64,000 nt of DNA, taken from Schmidtea polychroa. Taxonomy: Eukaryota. The stretch's first letter is position 1. Every line of letters begins with the position of its first letter. A program made the position numbers and the translations under genes. Below, one piece after another: positions 26,500 to 40,470 of this stretch. Location of the stretch: positions 123,442,001 to 123,506,000 of the forward strand of contig CM097886.1 of the NCBI GenBank assembly GCA_044892525.1, written 5' to 3'. The notes beneath the pieces are model-generated. The model did no database searches. It saw nothing but the letters and a program-made list of their open reading frames with translations, and was not told where the DNA came from.

Positions 26500-27773
26500 G
26501 GAGCTTGTCAAGGCTAAAAATGAAAATCAATCCTTCATCAGTGAAGCGGATGAAACAAAAAAAAATTTCTTCGTTTATTCTAAATAATAACAAGCGTGAT
26601 TCATTTGTTCTAGACACATCATCATGTTCTTCTGTACTTATTGCTACGGCGACATTAGTGTGTAGTTTTAATGTTATTTCTTTAATGTCTTTAAGTACAC
26701 ATCATCGCCATGTATAACATCCACATCATCTTTTTGGCTATTAGTACTTCAGTGTCATGATGTACTTCATCATCCAATATTCCATTACAATTAGAACCAA
26801 GATACTGCCCATCAAATCAAAATGAACTTCTGTGGGCTGGAGATGGTGAACAAAGACGTCTTTGTTTAATTGAATGGTTCGCTGTTTTCTGTATTTGGAT
26901 ATACTTACTGGATAGTAAAGTCTGAAATGTCATTTGTAAAGACAAAAGTGAAGCTGCAACAAAAGTTATTCGACTAATTAATCAACTGCACAACTTTTAT
27001 TTTATCTTTCATATTCTTAATTTAGGATACTTGATTCCCATTTTGGAAATTTCGTGTAGGAAACTTCAGTTAGTTGGCATTTCATACCATACCTTACGTG
27101 ATGAAATTCACGGAATAATGAAGCAATGGAGCAATGGAGCGTTCTGATTCTTCTTTCAAACATTTTGGATCTACCAAAACATTAAAAAAAATGAAGATGC
27201 CCTCATCAGTTTGATGATGGACAAGTAGGACAAGATTTTTATGAATGCAAAGATGTAACAATGTTTTACATGCAGACATATTACAAGGTCATCGGTATTG
27301 TGACAAATATGCTCTCAGACAGGTTTTACAATGATAAATTTGATGTGATTCTTTGCATAGAAAGATTAGTAATTTCTTCCTGCAATCAGTGCGATGAAAA
27401 TAGTATTGGAAGCAATGAAGAACTAAAGACAATAATGAATTTTAACAGAAATGATTTAGCTAAAATGAGATCTGTGAAACGTCATTTACATATTTTGACA
27501 GATGCAACTAAAGGGAAATACATCAAGTCAATTCCAAAAATCATGGAGATTTACCTTGTGGTGTCTTTTTCTCTTGCAATCAATGAACGTACGTTTTCCT
27601 CTTTGAGACGCCTGAAATCATACCTACGTACGAGTATGACTTCCAACTGTTTAAATATCTGTGCTATGATGTACACTTACTCCGATATTGTAAATCTTCT
27701 AGAAATTTCTAACATCACACGTCAATTTGTCCTCCCAAGCTCAAAACGAATTGATGTTTCTAGACTGATCTAA
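26500..27773 (+). pseudogene. Decayed hAT transposase (ZMYM/TTF-like group)
   Basis: hATC dimerization motif NERTFSSLRRLKSYLRTSMT..CLNICAMMY in ORF 27261-27773. The upstream part is broken by stops and frameshifts. Confidence 0.75.
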
Positions 27774-29312
27774 TTTATTTTCATTATAATTAAATGAAAG
27801 TCCATTTGTTGAAAAATAATGACCTCTTAGTCTTCATGCAACGGACAGGGAACCAACGATATTGAAGAGTAATTTGACTTAGATGACCAGCTATTCTTTC
27901 CATTATTTTGGTCTGACGTGCAAAGACACCTTCAACACATGGTACTTTCATTTTTTAACGAGTATAACAAGTATGTCTACAATTCCTGAACAAATCTTTC
28001 TAAAAGTATTAGAATCGGGAGAAATAAAAATAGTCCCGATATTTAAAGTAAATTATACATGTACATATGTATATAAAATCATAATAGACTCCGAATTTGG
28101 ACGATTCAGAAACAGGAGACGGTGCGGTACATCCTGTGGATTCTAGAAAGACCTTTATATTTAATTGTACCGATAAACAATATCTTATCTTGCCTTTTGT
28201 GAGAATATAAATAAATTATTTATTTAAATAAATAATAACAATATAAATAACAATTAAATAAAAGAAATATATGTTATGGATTGAGGTAGTATGCAAATTC
28301 CTTATGTTCACATACGGTGAAGATATGTTTGAATATTTCAAATTGTATTGTTTTCAATTAAATAAATATTTGTGTATAATTATGGATGTTATAAATAAAA
28401 AAAGTATTACAACTAATTTCTTATGAATCCTTAACAAATAAAAACAAATAAAAATTTGTAAGTTATACGCTACTTTTATTTATATATGAAGCATATTATA
28501 CAGTCAAACTATAAACATTATTATATATTCCAAAATAACAATTTCTGCTTAAGTTTTCAGGAAATTGTTCGAAAATGTTGTCGAAATTAACCCCTTATTT
28601 CGTACACCCTAGACTGGTGTCACTGGCTTCACTGTCCTAATAAAATAGTGGCCTTGAATATAGTTTATTTTAATTTTTTAAGGGCAATAATTTTAATTCA
28701 TTAATTTTAAATCCGGTATAAGCTATAAAATTATTCATAAAAATAGTATTTCTACACAATTTGATTATACTCACATAATCCTGCATGGCGTCCCATTATT
28801 TGTATATCAAATTCACCTCTTAGTCAAATAAAGCTAGAGGGCAAACAAATTTAACTGACTTCAATTTAGACTTTTGTTCCTTTCTTTTTAATTATAGAAT
28901 TTGCAATTTAAATTTACATAATAAAAATATTTTTATTTTATGAAAATACAAAACAGTTTTACTTTTAATTTTAAAAGAAATTCAACAAAAAATGTGAAAT
29001 ATAAAAAATAATATTCAAAAGTAAATTAAGCTTTAATTTACAATAATAATATTAAAAATATATTTTTAATTTCATTTAATATCATTATTTTCATTAATAT
29101 TAAAAGTAACTTAATAATAAAATGAAGAAAATAATTTTAATAAATACTTAAACAAATTAGTCAAATGAAAAAAATTAGTTAAAATCTATTTCAAGGTCAT
29201 TTGAAATTTGTTTAACTGATATGATAAAAATTACTTTATCAAACGTTAGAATTTTGAAATTGAATTACCAAATCGCTGAAAACAGTTGAAAAGTTTTAGA
29301 GAAATAAAGTAA

Positions 29313-30035
29313 ATGGAAATCGAAAATTGCGAATTAAGAAATAGATTAAACATTTCCCAATCTATTACTCCATCTATTGGGTATACTCATGTACTGTGTT
29401 GTCCTTGTTGCATGTTCTTCACGCTCAGCTTTGCCAATCTCCACAAGCATGCTCTGGGCCACGATCCCAGTCAGCTATCTTCCTACCGAACATACACTTG
29501 TTCGAAATGCTTATCAACTTCAACTGAAAGATATCTGATGTTGGAACACGTCAATATATATCATCAAAATACTAAAGTAAGTTTGTGAAATTCTGATTGA
29601 ATGACCCATTCATATTCACCAATCTAGCGGCCAGTTGAATTGACAGAGGAGATCCACACGGTTCTCAGGAAGCCCGACTTCAAGATAGATCACAATCAAT
29701 CGGCACCAGAATCCATTATAAATTCAAAAGTTGATCATTGCCGGATTTTGCCACCAAAAATCGGATCGAAAAAGAAAACTTTCCCTCAAACATTTCGATG
29801 CTATTCGAAACTCAACCAACGACTGAGAAACAGATTCCGGTTGAATAAGCACGGAACTCTAACTGGAAACAAATCCGTCAATAACTCCCCGTCAGAAGTA
29901 TTCATTATTCATTTGTTATAAGGACTTTAATAATAACTCTTTCAAAATCTAGAAAAAGATTAACGCAAGTGACGCAATCGATGCTAAATTGGATGACCCC
30001 ATACCGACTGAAAATGAACCCATCGACATGACTGT
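29313..30035 (+). CDS. C2H2 zinc-finger gene, 5' part (introns 29577-29627 and 29898-29952; runs into a gap)
   Basis: CPCC..FANLHKHALGH and YTCSKC..LMLEHVNIYH fingers. Two GT-AG phase-0 introns join three ORF-track frames into one reading frame. Confidence 0.7.
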
Positions 30036-30799
30036 NNNNNNNNNNNNNNNNNNNNNNNNNNNNNNNNNNNNNNNNNNNNNNNNNNNNNNNNNNNNNNNNN
30101 NNNNNNNNNNNNNNNNNNNNNNNNNNNNNNNNNNNNNNNNNNNNNNNNNNNNNNNNNNNNNNNNNNNNNNNNNNNNNNNNNNNNNTAAGCCTATTGCTGC
30201 AAATAATATATTTATTATAAATGAAAAATTTTCGACTATAAGATATCCCTTGTCAATTTTCTTTAAGGACTATCTTATAGTCGAACATTTTTTCATTTGT
30301 ATTAAATATATTATTTGCTGCAAAAGACTTAAATTATCATTTAATTGTTTAAAATTTAATTAATGCTGTTACCNNNNNNNNNNNNNNNNNNNNNNNNNNN
30401 NNNNNNNNNNNNNNNNNNNNNNNNNNNNNNNNNNNNNNNNNNNNNNNNNNNNNNNNNNNNNNNNNNNNNNNNNNNNNNNNNNNNNNNNNNNNNNNNNNNN
30501 NNNNNNNNNNNNNNNNNNNNNNNNNNNNNNNNNNNNNAACATTTTTTAACAATACTCTAAAATATATTTTTCAATTTAATTAAAATATCGGTGAAAACTG
30601 GAAAAATGTCGGTGAAAAATGCAAGAGTATTTGTGAGAAAAAAGTAATCCTTAAATTGAATAGCATATTAATAATAGACAAATTGATACGGGGTTTTTCA
30701 ATCTTTTAATTTTAAAGAAACCGAAAGGGAAATAGAAAAACATAGAAAAATCATATTGAAAATTCTGAAGTTGAATTTGAATAGATAATAATAAAATGT

Positions 30800-31220
30800 A
30801 AAAAGGAAATTGTTCACCAACATACCCAGGAGAGGAGCTAGCACGGAGGAGTTGAGGACTTTTACAGAACTGAGAGAACAATAGTCGCTTTTAGAAACGC
30901 TTGGTTGAATTTTAACTGTGCTGCCACCAATAGCAGTGAGCCAGCATTGCCATTAATGTGAGTCGAGAGAGGAGGAATTATTCTTCTTGTTTCGTTGTTT
31001 TTCTTTAACAACTAGGAAAATTTTCATTGAAAAAATTAAATGCGAACAAACAAAACCGGGGACGATGAGGGCAAAGTGTGTTGCAGCTCGGTATGGAGGT
31101 GAGCCTGCACTGTTGGAGTTGAGCGGTTGCTGCTGAAATAGACAATTGCCCTGTTGCATGTATATGTGGAATGCTTGTGCTCATAGCTGTTGGGAACGGT
31201 TGAAGATACTTTACAACGAG
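30800..31220 (-). CDS. Possible exons of an unidentified Ser/Pro/Gln-rich gene
   Basis: Elevated GC, overlapping open frames (e.g. QQQPLNSNSAGSPPYR) and a ~45-bp intron-like segment gttttg...ttcctag. No recognisable domain. Confidence 0.3.
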
Positions 31221-32382
31221 ATAAAAAACAAACTGGAAATAAAATAATGGAATGCTTGTGAACAATGGGCAATTATTTGAGAATGGAACGATGTAGTGGT
31301 GGAAATTTATTATTATGTTATCTCCAGATCAAACCTGGTGGATGCTCACTCATTCACGGAGAAACAGATAGAGGATTTCCCAATGTGTCTTGCACGCTGT
31401 GTTTACAGTTGCTGCTTCATTCTCCTGCACGTCAATGAAAGATTTTTCAAAAATATAAAAGACAATTTTCATTTTGAATTATTTTTTTTTCGTCTTTTGT
31501 ACAGTGATTTTTGGGAGGTTCCATTTCAATATTATTTTTTCTTTGCTAAAACATGACAATTGTACAGTTGGCCTTAACTTACACTTCTTTTCGATTAGTC
31601 AAATGAATATATGAAAAAGTAAAATACATTCTGAATAGTTTACACATAATATGATCTTATAAAGGTGTATAGGGGTTCCAATATCCTTTTGTCATACATT
31701 ATTGCAAGCAACCTATTTCAATAAGTTTTAAACCTGAATTTCGATATTTTTATAACTGAGCTTTGAAAAGATTTCTTAAATGCACATTTTCTCGTCACCC
31801 ATTTTCAAGAAAATTTAAACAAATGTAAAGATTTTCTAACGAGTGCCCAGATGGCAGCATAATTAAAAAATGCATTTTACTAAATTTTTAAGAACCAATA
31901 TCTATTTAATTTCAATTACAATGCTTTTAATAATCATCAATAAAATCCAATTTAAGCCTTTAATTAATGACCTTTGACAAATCACCTTCTTACGCCAAAG
32001 TGACACTAAATGTAGAATTAGTGGAAGTCAGAATTAATACCAATTTCTTAAACAAACAAAGTTGGAAAACCTAGGAAACCGGATCCGATAGAAAATAGGG
32101 ACTGAATTTCTTTTTCCCTATAACTTAAAATTTTGATTATTTACCCAATAATGTAATGTGTAAAAAGAAATTAGACCTACATTAGGGTTTGCGTCCAAAA
32201 TATACATTGTCAAAATTAGTTATCCGAAAGTTATGAGACTAGAGATCAAAATTTTTATTTATTAATACAAATTGTCAGTACAGATTTTTCCAATTGTTTG
32301 AAAGTTTATTCCAACAATTTGTGTTAAATAAAACAATATTTATTTATAGTTTGAAATGAAGAAAAAATTGAAAATGAAAATA

Positions 32383-32599
32383 CCATATATACTCGCGTAT
32401 AAGTCGAGAAATTTACGTCAAATTTTCAAGTCAAAATAGCCACTTCGACTTATACGCGGGTCAAAAAGCGTACAAATTAATTTTTAATGAAATCATTAAA
32501 CCTTTTTTTATTTTTGTTACTTCGACTTATACGCGGGTTCCCAATTTAGGACTTAAAAGCCTCTTAAAATTTACTCGACTTATACGCGAGTATATACGG
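32383..32599. mobile_element. pogo/Tigger-type MITE
   Basis: TIR ccatatatactcgcgtataagtcgag / ctcgacttatacgcgagtatatacgg with TA flanks and two internal cttcgacttatacgcgg repeats. Confidence 0.88.
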
Positions 32600-33573
32600 T
32601 AATCGATCAATAATGTAAGAATTCAAACTTTATTTAATTTAAAAATCTGCTCATTGCAAAATCAAGTATTAAGCCAACTTTATTTTGAAGAATTTACGTA
32701 TTTTCTTTAACATTGCTGAATATAAATTACTGACATAGTTTTTAATATTTTATTTATTAATATTGATTTCAGATATTACAAATAATTCAGTGACAATTAA
32801 TTAAAATTTTATTAATTTTCTATTAAACATTCTTACAAAAAAATCAAAGATTTTATTTTTCAATTTTTTTTCGCTGAACCGAAAGTTATAGAAAGTTATT
32901 TAATAAATTAATTAAACAAAAAGTCAAAGAAGCATTTGTCTGGTCAGTATCATTCAAATATAAGTAAATGCGTTATTTAGGAATTTTCTGATTGGTCAAC
33001 AAAATTCTGCTCTTTCACAGCATCTTATTCTCCATTAATAGCTCCGTAATTTTAAAATTATATTATAATTTTGGTTCTAAGCCATATTATTTTGAAGTTA
33101 TACAAAATCGGTAAAATTTTATTTTGTTTAAAACTTTACCCCCCCCCCCTGTCCTCCCGCAGACTAGACGAATTCAAAACTGAGATTAAAAATCAACTGT
33201 CAAACGCGTATCAATAGATCACCTAATTTTTAACATTGCGCACAGATTCTAAATGAGCAAAACTCCACTCGAAAGCCGGCACTCATCGTGGACACGAAAA
33301 CAATCGTCTTCAGCTCGACCTGAATCCGGATCATGTTATACAGTCTTGTAAAAACATTCACCGTTAGATTTGAAAAAAAAATTATTGTTAATACTCATAG
33401 CTGAATATTTTATAGATAAAACTTATTTCGATTATGTTATCACCTTTTTCTAGAAGATAAAAACCACTAAGAAACTTGTAATCGACGGCACTGAGTTTTC
33501 TATGGCTTACTTGAGTTGTTTGAATGGTCACTAGTGAATGAAATCTTGTTTAACTATATTATAACAAATTTAG

Positions 33574-34349
33574 ATGAAACCTGACCCGATTCATTCGAAA
33601 GACAAACTGAATGAAGGAATCTTAAACGATTCTGAATCGAAATTCCCACAAGACTTTTCACTCGGGGGACACAATTTCCGATCGTATTTGTTCGATGTCT
33701 TTTCTAAAAATTCTGTCCCTTCTGGACTGCCACAGTCAATTATGTTAAGATACCTAACTGCACAATTTCAATCGTTTCAAGCGGCGAAATATTTCTCCAA
33801 CAATCATTTTCTAACCCCATCATCTCTTCTTGGTCATCAAGACACGAATTTTCCTCAAAAACTTTTCGAAAACCATTTGTCTTCATCTATTCAAAAGTCC
33901 CCAGAAGGTAGCTCAACAAGTCAAAGAAATCTCCACCGAAACAACTTTAGTCCACTACAAAATCATATTTTATTAGAATGGTACGATAAACACAAACATA
34001 AGCCTTATCCGTCAACAGAGGAAACAAAACACTTGGCGGCCTTGTGTGGCCTTTCATATCCTCAAGTAAGAATTGAACTGAGAAATTATTACAAAATTAT
34101 TTTCTATTCTATTTCAAGGTAAAAAAATGGTTCGCTAATAAAAGAGCTCGATCATCGTTTTATCAAAAGGATGAAATAATATCCTGCCAAACTCAAGCAA
34201 GGTATAACATGCTGAGGTTCCCTTTGCAAATGTCCAATCGACTCAATTCTGAAGTGGTTAAAAGTCTTGAAGCCCAATTTGCCAACAACATAGATAATCT
34301 TGCCTTGGTTTCGAGTTCCAGTCATGACGATTCTGTTATATCTGCGTAA
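33574..34349 (+). CDS. Divergent TALE-class homeobox gene (intron 34066-34118; an upstream exon is possible)
   Basis: RNNFSPLQNHILLEWYDKHKHKPYPSTEETKHLAALCGLSYPQ|VKKWFANKRAR. It has the PYP loop and a 53-bp GT-AG intron at the classic Q|V position. Exon 2 is open for 77 codons. Confidence 0.9.
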
Positions 34350-35478
34350 TTATCCCATGATACATTCTCAGATTTTTTAAATATCTCCTTTGTAACTTTT
34401 CAATTATATCTAACTTAATATTATTTAATAGATCTATTGTNNNNNNNNNNNNNNNNNNNNNNNNNNNNNNNNNNNNNNNNNNNNNNNNNNNNNNNNNNNN
34501 NNNNNNNNNNNNNNNNNNNNNNNNNNNNNNNNNNNNNNNNNNNNNNNNNNNNNNNNNNNNNNNNNNNNNNNNNNNNNNNNNNNNNNNNNNNNNNNNNNNN
34601 NNNNNNNNNNNNNNNNNNNNNNNNNNNNNNNNNNNNNNNNNNNNNNNNNNNNNNNNNNNNNNNNNNNNNNNNNNNNNNNNNNNNNNNNNNNNNNNNNNNN
34701 NAATATTAATGATGGTAAAATTCTGTCATGGAAAATATATACAATGGACCGTGCAAATCATCATCGTTATCAATATCGTAATAATAATAATAATAATTAT
34801 AATTATTATTATTAATATTACTATAATGATGATTATTATTATTATTCTCAGCATCAACAGAATACACTTATCCAACAGTTGTAACGAAGACAAACGCCAA
34901 TGGGATATAAATATTTGAGAACAATAGTCTCGGAAGAGTGATATAATTACTCCATTTGTATCCAAATACTCTGTTAGTCTAGAGTCGTCAGTAGGGAAAG
35001 TTAAGCTCACAAGGAAGAAGGATGCGTATTGAATAGAGCGCAGAGCTTATGATAATTATTGTAGTTGTTTTAATCATATTGTTGTTTTTTCCTTAACATT
35101 TCTATTATCACTTGTTGAATTGTATTAATTGTTTGAATGGCTTCCTGTGTTTATTGGTGGAGCATGAAAACATACTGGGATATGATGTCAACTCATTTGG
35201 CTGGTGTGTAAAGGTGCATGTGGTTTCCTTGGTGGGAGAATTCTATTGTTTCATTCTCAATTGTATTTAATATTCTAGTTTTCTCTGAATCCTCAGATAG
35301 ATTTATGTAACAATTTGCTGTATTCTTCTACAAAAAATTTATTCTCAAAGAACCAATACTGACAATTTTATATTGAAATTGTTTTCATTCTTTCTAATTA
35401 CTGTAATGAGGAGTCTTAGCAAGGATTACCTACGAATAAGGGATGAAGATCGAAAATACTTATTAGGGGAAATATTAT

Positions 35479-35480
<2 letters not shown>

Positions 35481-35560
<80 letters not shown>
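35481..35560. repeat. (AAT)n microsatellite; another AAT/ATT tract at ~34780-34850
   Basis: Direct inspection. Confidence 0.95.
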
Positions 35561-35562
<2 letters not shown>

Positions 35563-37581
35563 GGATTACTTTCACTAGGACCAAAGTTCAGTATAAACAG
35601 AGAAATAGATGAAGCAGCCATCCTCAATTTCAAAACAGCTCTTTGTCGCATTGCGTACCAGATCAAATGGAACAATACAATACCGCATGAAAATGAAAAT
35701 AGCGAAAACCAGCTCCCAGTATACATAAACACAGATAAACTCTATCAACCAAATCCTGATGCAGAATTAGATTCAACACTCTCAAAGGTCTGTCACAAAA
35801 TCATGGAGTTAGTTGAGAAGGAAAGAAGAAAACCATATCTCTCAAACCTTACAAAAGACGAACAGGCAATATTAAAATCCCTTAAAAAGAAACCGTACGT
35901 TTACTTACCAAGTGACAAGGGGGGAGAATTTTGCATTATAGAGAAGAATCGTTACTGTGAAGCTGGTTACGAACACCTCGGCAACATCGAAACATACAAG
36001 AAAGTCAGCCGCATGTCACCAAACACCATCGAAATGAAGATCAACAAAGTATGGAAAGCCATAGCTTTGGAAATGAGGCTCAACAACAGAATAACCAACA
36101 GCTTCGTCACAAAAAATTCTGATCTTCCTAACTTCTACCACCTAATTAAAACTCACAAAGAGGGTCCTGGTATCAAAATTAGACCTATAGTGTCCAACAA
36201 AAATGGACCAACAACTAAAACAAGTTGGCTCCTTGCAAAGATCTTGAAACCTTTATTGGACACGATACCACACCATCTTCAAAGCAGCGACTGCCTCATG
36301 ACAAGACTAAATAATAACATGACTTGCCATAGAGAATTCCAATACCCATTTAGTCTTGATGTCGTATCACTATACACATCTATCGAACCAACAGAGGCTA
36401 TTCAATGTTTAGAAAAGAAATTAAGAGAAAGCAACTTGTTAATAAAGGAAATGAATACCGAGAATATCACCAAACTACTTACTGTTATCCTCGAGAACAC
36501 CTATTTTACCTTTGAACAAAATATCTATAAACAAGTTAAAGGTCTGCCTATGGGTTCTAGCATATCAGGACTGCTAGCAATCATCTTTATGGATAACCTC
36601 GAACGACAGACACTGAGGACCATACAACCCATCGGTTTCTATGCAAGATATGTAGATGATATCTTCATCTTGACCAAAAACAGAAAAGAAGCGGAGGAAA
36701 TATTTCATTCATTCAATGCGGCTCATCAAGATATTAAGTTCGAAATCGAATATCCGGAAGAAGATGGATCCCTCAATTTATTGGATTTGAGAATCAAAAT
36801 AGAAGAAAATACTCCAACATACGGGTTCTACAGAAAACCAGCTCGCAAAGAAATATTTATGCACCAAAGATCAGCGCTTCCATACTTACAGAAAGTACAT
36901 GTCATAAGAAACGAGAAACGAAGAATAGCCAATCGATGCACGGAGAAAAACGAAAACTTTAAAGAGCAATCAAATTTCAATAAAATCCTACACCGAAACG
37001 GATACCAAGGTGAGGACATTGAAAAAATGAATTCTACCCCAAGAAGATCTAGGGAATTAACACAAAAGAATCAGAAATATTTCTATCTGAATATCCCATT
37101 CATCAGTGACATACTCGACTTCAAGATCCTGAAAGAACTTAAACGTACCGGTCTTCCAATTCGGATATCACATAAATCTTGGACATTGAGAAGGGCTCTG
37201 GCAGGCAACATAAATAGAGAAAACAATTGCACAATGAAAAACTGCCAGACACCGAAAGATATGTGCTTTAGAAAAAACATCGTCTATTGCATCACGTGCA
37301 ATGTATGCAATGAAATCTACATTGGAAGTACCCTCAGGACATTGCACCAAAGAGTTAAAGAACATCTAGATCCTGGTGGAACATCCTCGTTGGGCAGACA
37401 TCTCCGGCAGTGTCAGCCAACAGAGGAAAGAAAAAATATTTCAATAGAAATCATAGCTAATGGAAACATCCAAAAGAAAAATGTCAGAATCAAAGAAGCA
37501 ATTCTCATAATAAACAGACAGCCAAAGATCAACACTAAAGAAGAAATCAATGAAATCATGAATTTGATCTGTTGTCATTGA
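35563..37581 (+). mobile_element. Penelope-like retroelement: RT + GIY-YIG endonuclease, uninterrupted ORF, 5' truncated
   Basis: In-frame LLSLGPKF from 35563, PSDKGG, FYHLIKTHK, SLDVVSLYTSI, GLPMGS, RYVDDIF, LNLLDL, and a Cys-rich linker before IVYCITCNVCNEIYIGST..HQRVKEH. Confidence 0.95.
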
Positions 37582-38299
37582 CTTTGAGAATAACTGACAA
37601 TATACAAAGAAATTAAAAAAATAAGAATAAATTAAAAAGTAATAATTAGAATAATATAGAAAAAAATTTTAAAAAATAGGGTTTGAAAATCAAAATTGAC
37701 ACATTTATTGAAATATTTAAATAGCATATATAAGTAGTTATTGGAGGCTTTATTTAAAATATTTTCAAATATTTTATTAGGCTTCTAGAAGCTAATTATA
37801 GAAGCTGTAAAAAAATTTAAAAATTTTAGTTTGTGTCATTTTGAAATTTTAAATGTAAAAATTATAAAAAAATTTTAAAAGTTTTTAGTAAAACAATTCA
37901 TTATATTTACAACCAATGAGAATTAAGAGAAAGGAAATAAAAGAAAGATTGAAGGGTATTTTGAAGAAGAACATTGCTAAATTCCAGGAGATTGACAAGG
38001 ACTATCGTATAGTCGAAAATTCTTTCATTAAATACATTATTTGCAGCAAAAGGCTTANNNNNNNNNNNNNNNNNNNNNNNNNNNNNNNNNNNNNNNNNNN
38101 NNNNNNNNNNNNNNNNNNNNNNNNNNNNNNNNNNNNNNNNNNNNNNNNNNNNNNNNNNNNNNNNNNNNNNNNNNNNNNNNNNNNNNNNNNNNNNNNNNNN
38201 NNNNNNNNNNNNNNNNNNNNAAAGAATCGGAACGCACGAAACGCATTGTTTGAAAATCTCATTGTAGTTTCTTGATTTACATTATATCTTTTTGACAAC

Positions 38300-39200
38300 A
38301 AACGGACCTCTTCTTTGCCGTACCTTATGTCACATTTGTTAATTACAGTAATTTAAACTGTTTCATTAATTTTTAAGATTCATTTGTATCATTGTGTCCA
38401 GTTACAAGCATACTTTAACGAAGGTTATTTGATAGACTTCTGTTTTATTTCCAATTATCAGTTCAACACCGCCAAAATTTTCCTTTGAACTGCCGCTATT
38501 GTTTCAAAATAATTCCTTTCTGGTTGATCAACCATGGATTCAAAAATACGAATTTGTAGATATATTTTCTGCTGAGTTGTAATTATTGTAGATTTTCTTT
38601 CTTCCTTTTTTAAAGATTAATGCAATAGCTCTAGCATGGCATAAGTCCTACATAAGTCCAACATTTTAAACAAAAGCAATATAATATATTTTCAAACTTA
38701 ATCCACGAAACTTACCCTTTTCGAATTCATATCTTCTTGTATGTTTTGAAGCTGCAGAGAAATGCGGTAATAGAACTGAAGAATCTATCAAAAGTTCTTT
38801 TATGCTTCTCAAACAGGATGAAACCCAATTTTCTGAATGTTTCATATTTATTAACTGATCTCAAACATATACAATAAGACATGAATTCTTGCTAGGTGAT
38901 GTTGATCCATCTAAAACAATCCCAAATTTTGACTTACTATCAACTATTTTCTATGAAAGAGTCTTTTGCATTTTTTTCAGAAATGTGCATTAAAATATTT
39001 ATGCAAGCAACATTTGAAATGTAAAATTTTTTCCACATCGACACAATTGAGAATTTGTATATCAACATCTGCTTTAGGGTTGTCACATGTTGAGAGGCTC
39101 AAAGTAAGACAAATCAATAACCTACTACAGTAGTACGTAGGACAAATATCCAAAATGTAGGACTGTCTTTCTGAAAGTATCTGCCTCGAACTCATTCTCA
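38300..39200 (-). pseudogene. Decayed hAT transposase (ZNF862-like)
   Basis: Minus-strand KIVDSKSKFGIVLDGSTSPSKNSCLIVYV and YGKEEVRLL, with multiple stops. Confidence 0.55.
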
Positions 39201-39800
39201 ATTCTGCAACAACGAATTCTTATTTATAAATATTTGCTAAAACACCTATCATAATATTTTTATCGGTTCTAGGACAAAATGTCGTGGACAAAATGTCAAC
39301 ATTGAAAAAACAAATAGTAAAACGATAGTAAAATATAAACAATAGTAAAATCTATTATTTTTGTTGCCGAAATTTTGACCCCGACAATTTGACCAATGAC
39401 ATTTTTATCCCCTGTTAAAACAACTTTTTCTTCTTTTAAATGTGCAGCAGATTTTCGGTTTTTGAATATCTTTCTCAGCCAAGTTTAATTTTGAGAAGTT
39501 GATATTTGAATTTCATGAACGTTTCCAATTTGTTTCCAACTGTTTTCCAATCCATTTTTGGTTGAAGTAAATTCGGTTGATGTTAAAATTCAGCAAGAAT
39601 TACTGAAACTTCAAAACGATTTGTTGGCTACGCAGGCATTTTTATAAGATAGGAGCAATCTTTTAAAAATTTACTTAACTGAAACGAGTTATCCAAATAT
39701 AAGAAATAATTTCCTTATTTGGTGGTAACATATAATTGTAAATGTTTTTTTCTGGATAAAAAAATTGAATTGAATTTTTTTTACATAAAAACAAATTTAT

Positions 39801-40180
39801 TCAAAGAACAAAATCATTTTCCTGGTTATTTATAACCACCATCAATTTCTTTAAGCTGTGTTTCATTGGTAGTTCTTTGAGAGTTTCTTCTTGTATATTT
39901 TTAATCTGTTCGGTTTCGATAATTTCACTGAATTCGAGTGTGATTACGTCTGTTTCTGCTCTCGATAGTGTATCTGCTGCAATGTTTACTGCTCCTACGA
40001 CGTAGTCGATTGTACAATTGATTTGCGAAATGTAATTCAATCGTCTTATTTGCCTTTGGGATGGGTTTTTCATTTGTATTGCATTTGTTTGTGGTTAATG
40101 GTCCGTAAGGATTTAGAAGTTTCAGTCTTCCAGTAAGTGTTGGAAGTGTTTTATGGCATCATGTATTGCAAGGATTTCTC
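39801..40180 (-). pseudogene. Ty3/Gypsy RNase H remnant (a second element)
   Basis: FDREILAIHDAIKHFQHLLE..ILTDH.P and SQRQIRRLNYISQ..IDYVVGAVNIAADTLSR. Confidence 0.85.
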
Positions 40181-40470
40181 GGTCGAAGGTTTATTAATTC
40201 TATTTAATGTATTGTCTGTATCAAGATTTGGCAAGTCTATTATGACGAGCCACGATTCAGTTAATAAAAGAAACTTTAGCCAGTTTCCATTTAGCAACTT
40301 CAGAGGACAACATACCTTGTTGCCCTACATGAAAGGCTTTTGTTTTCGCGATCAAAAAAACAATTTTGAATATTTCTCATTGGATTTATTTTTCATGACT
40401 TTTTTATTGAGCGATTATACCTAGAGACACAGCCTGTTAATGTTAATCAACGAAAAGGCCAGTCAAAACT

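Noticed and set aside
34990-35030. CTGACGA (hammerhead core) beside the Penelope element, minus strand
   Set aside because: The stem is followed by TATT rather than GAAA.
29989-38301. ORF-track entries containing X runs
   Set aside because: Artefacts of reading through N gaps; only the 29953-30035 part is supported as an exon.
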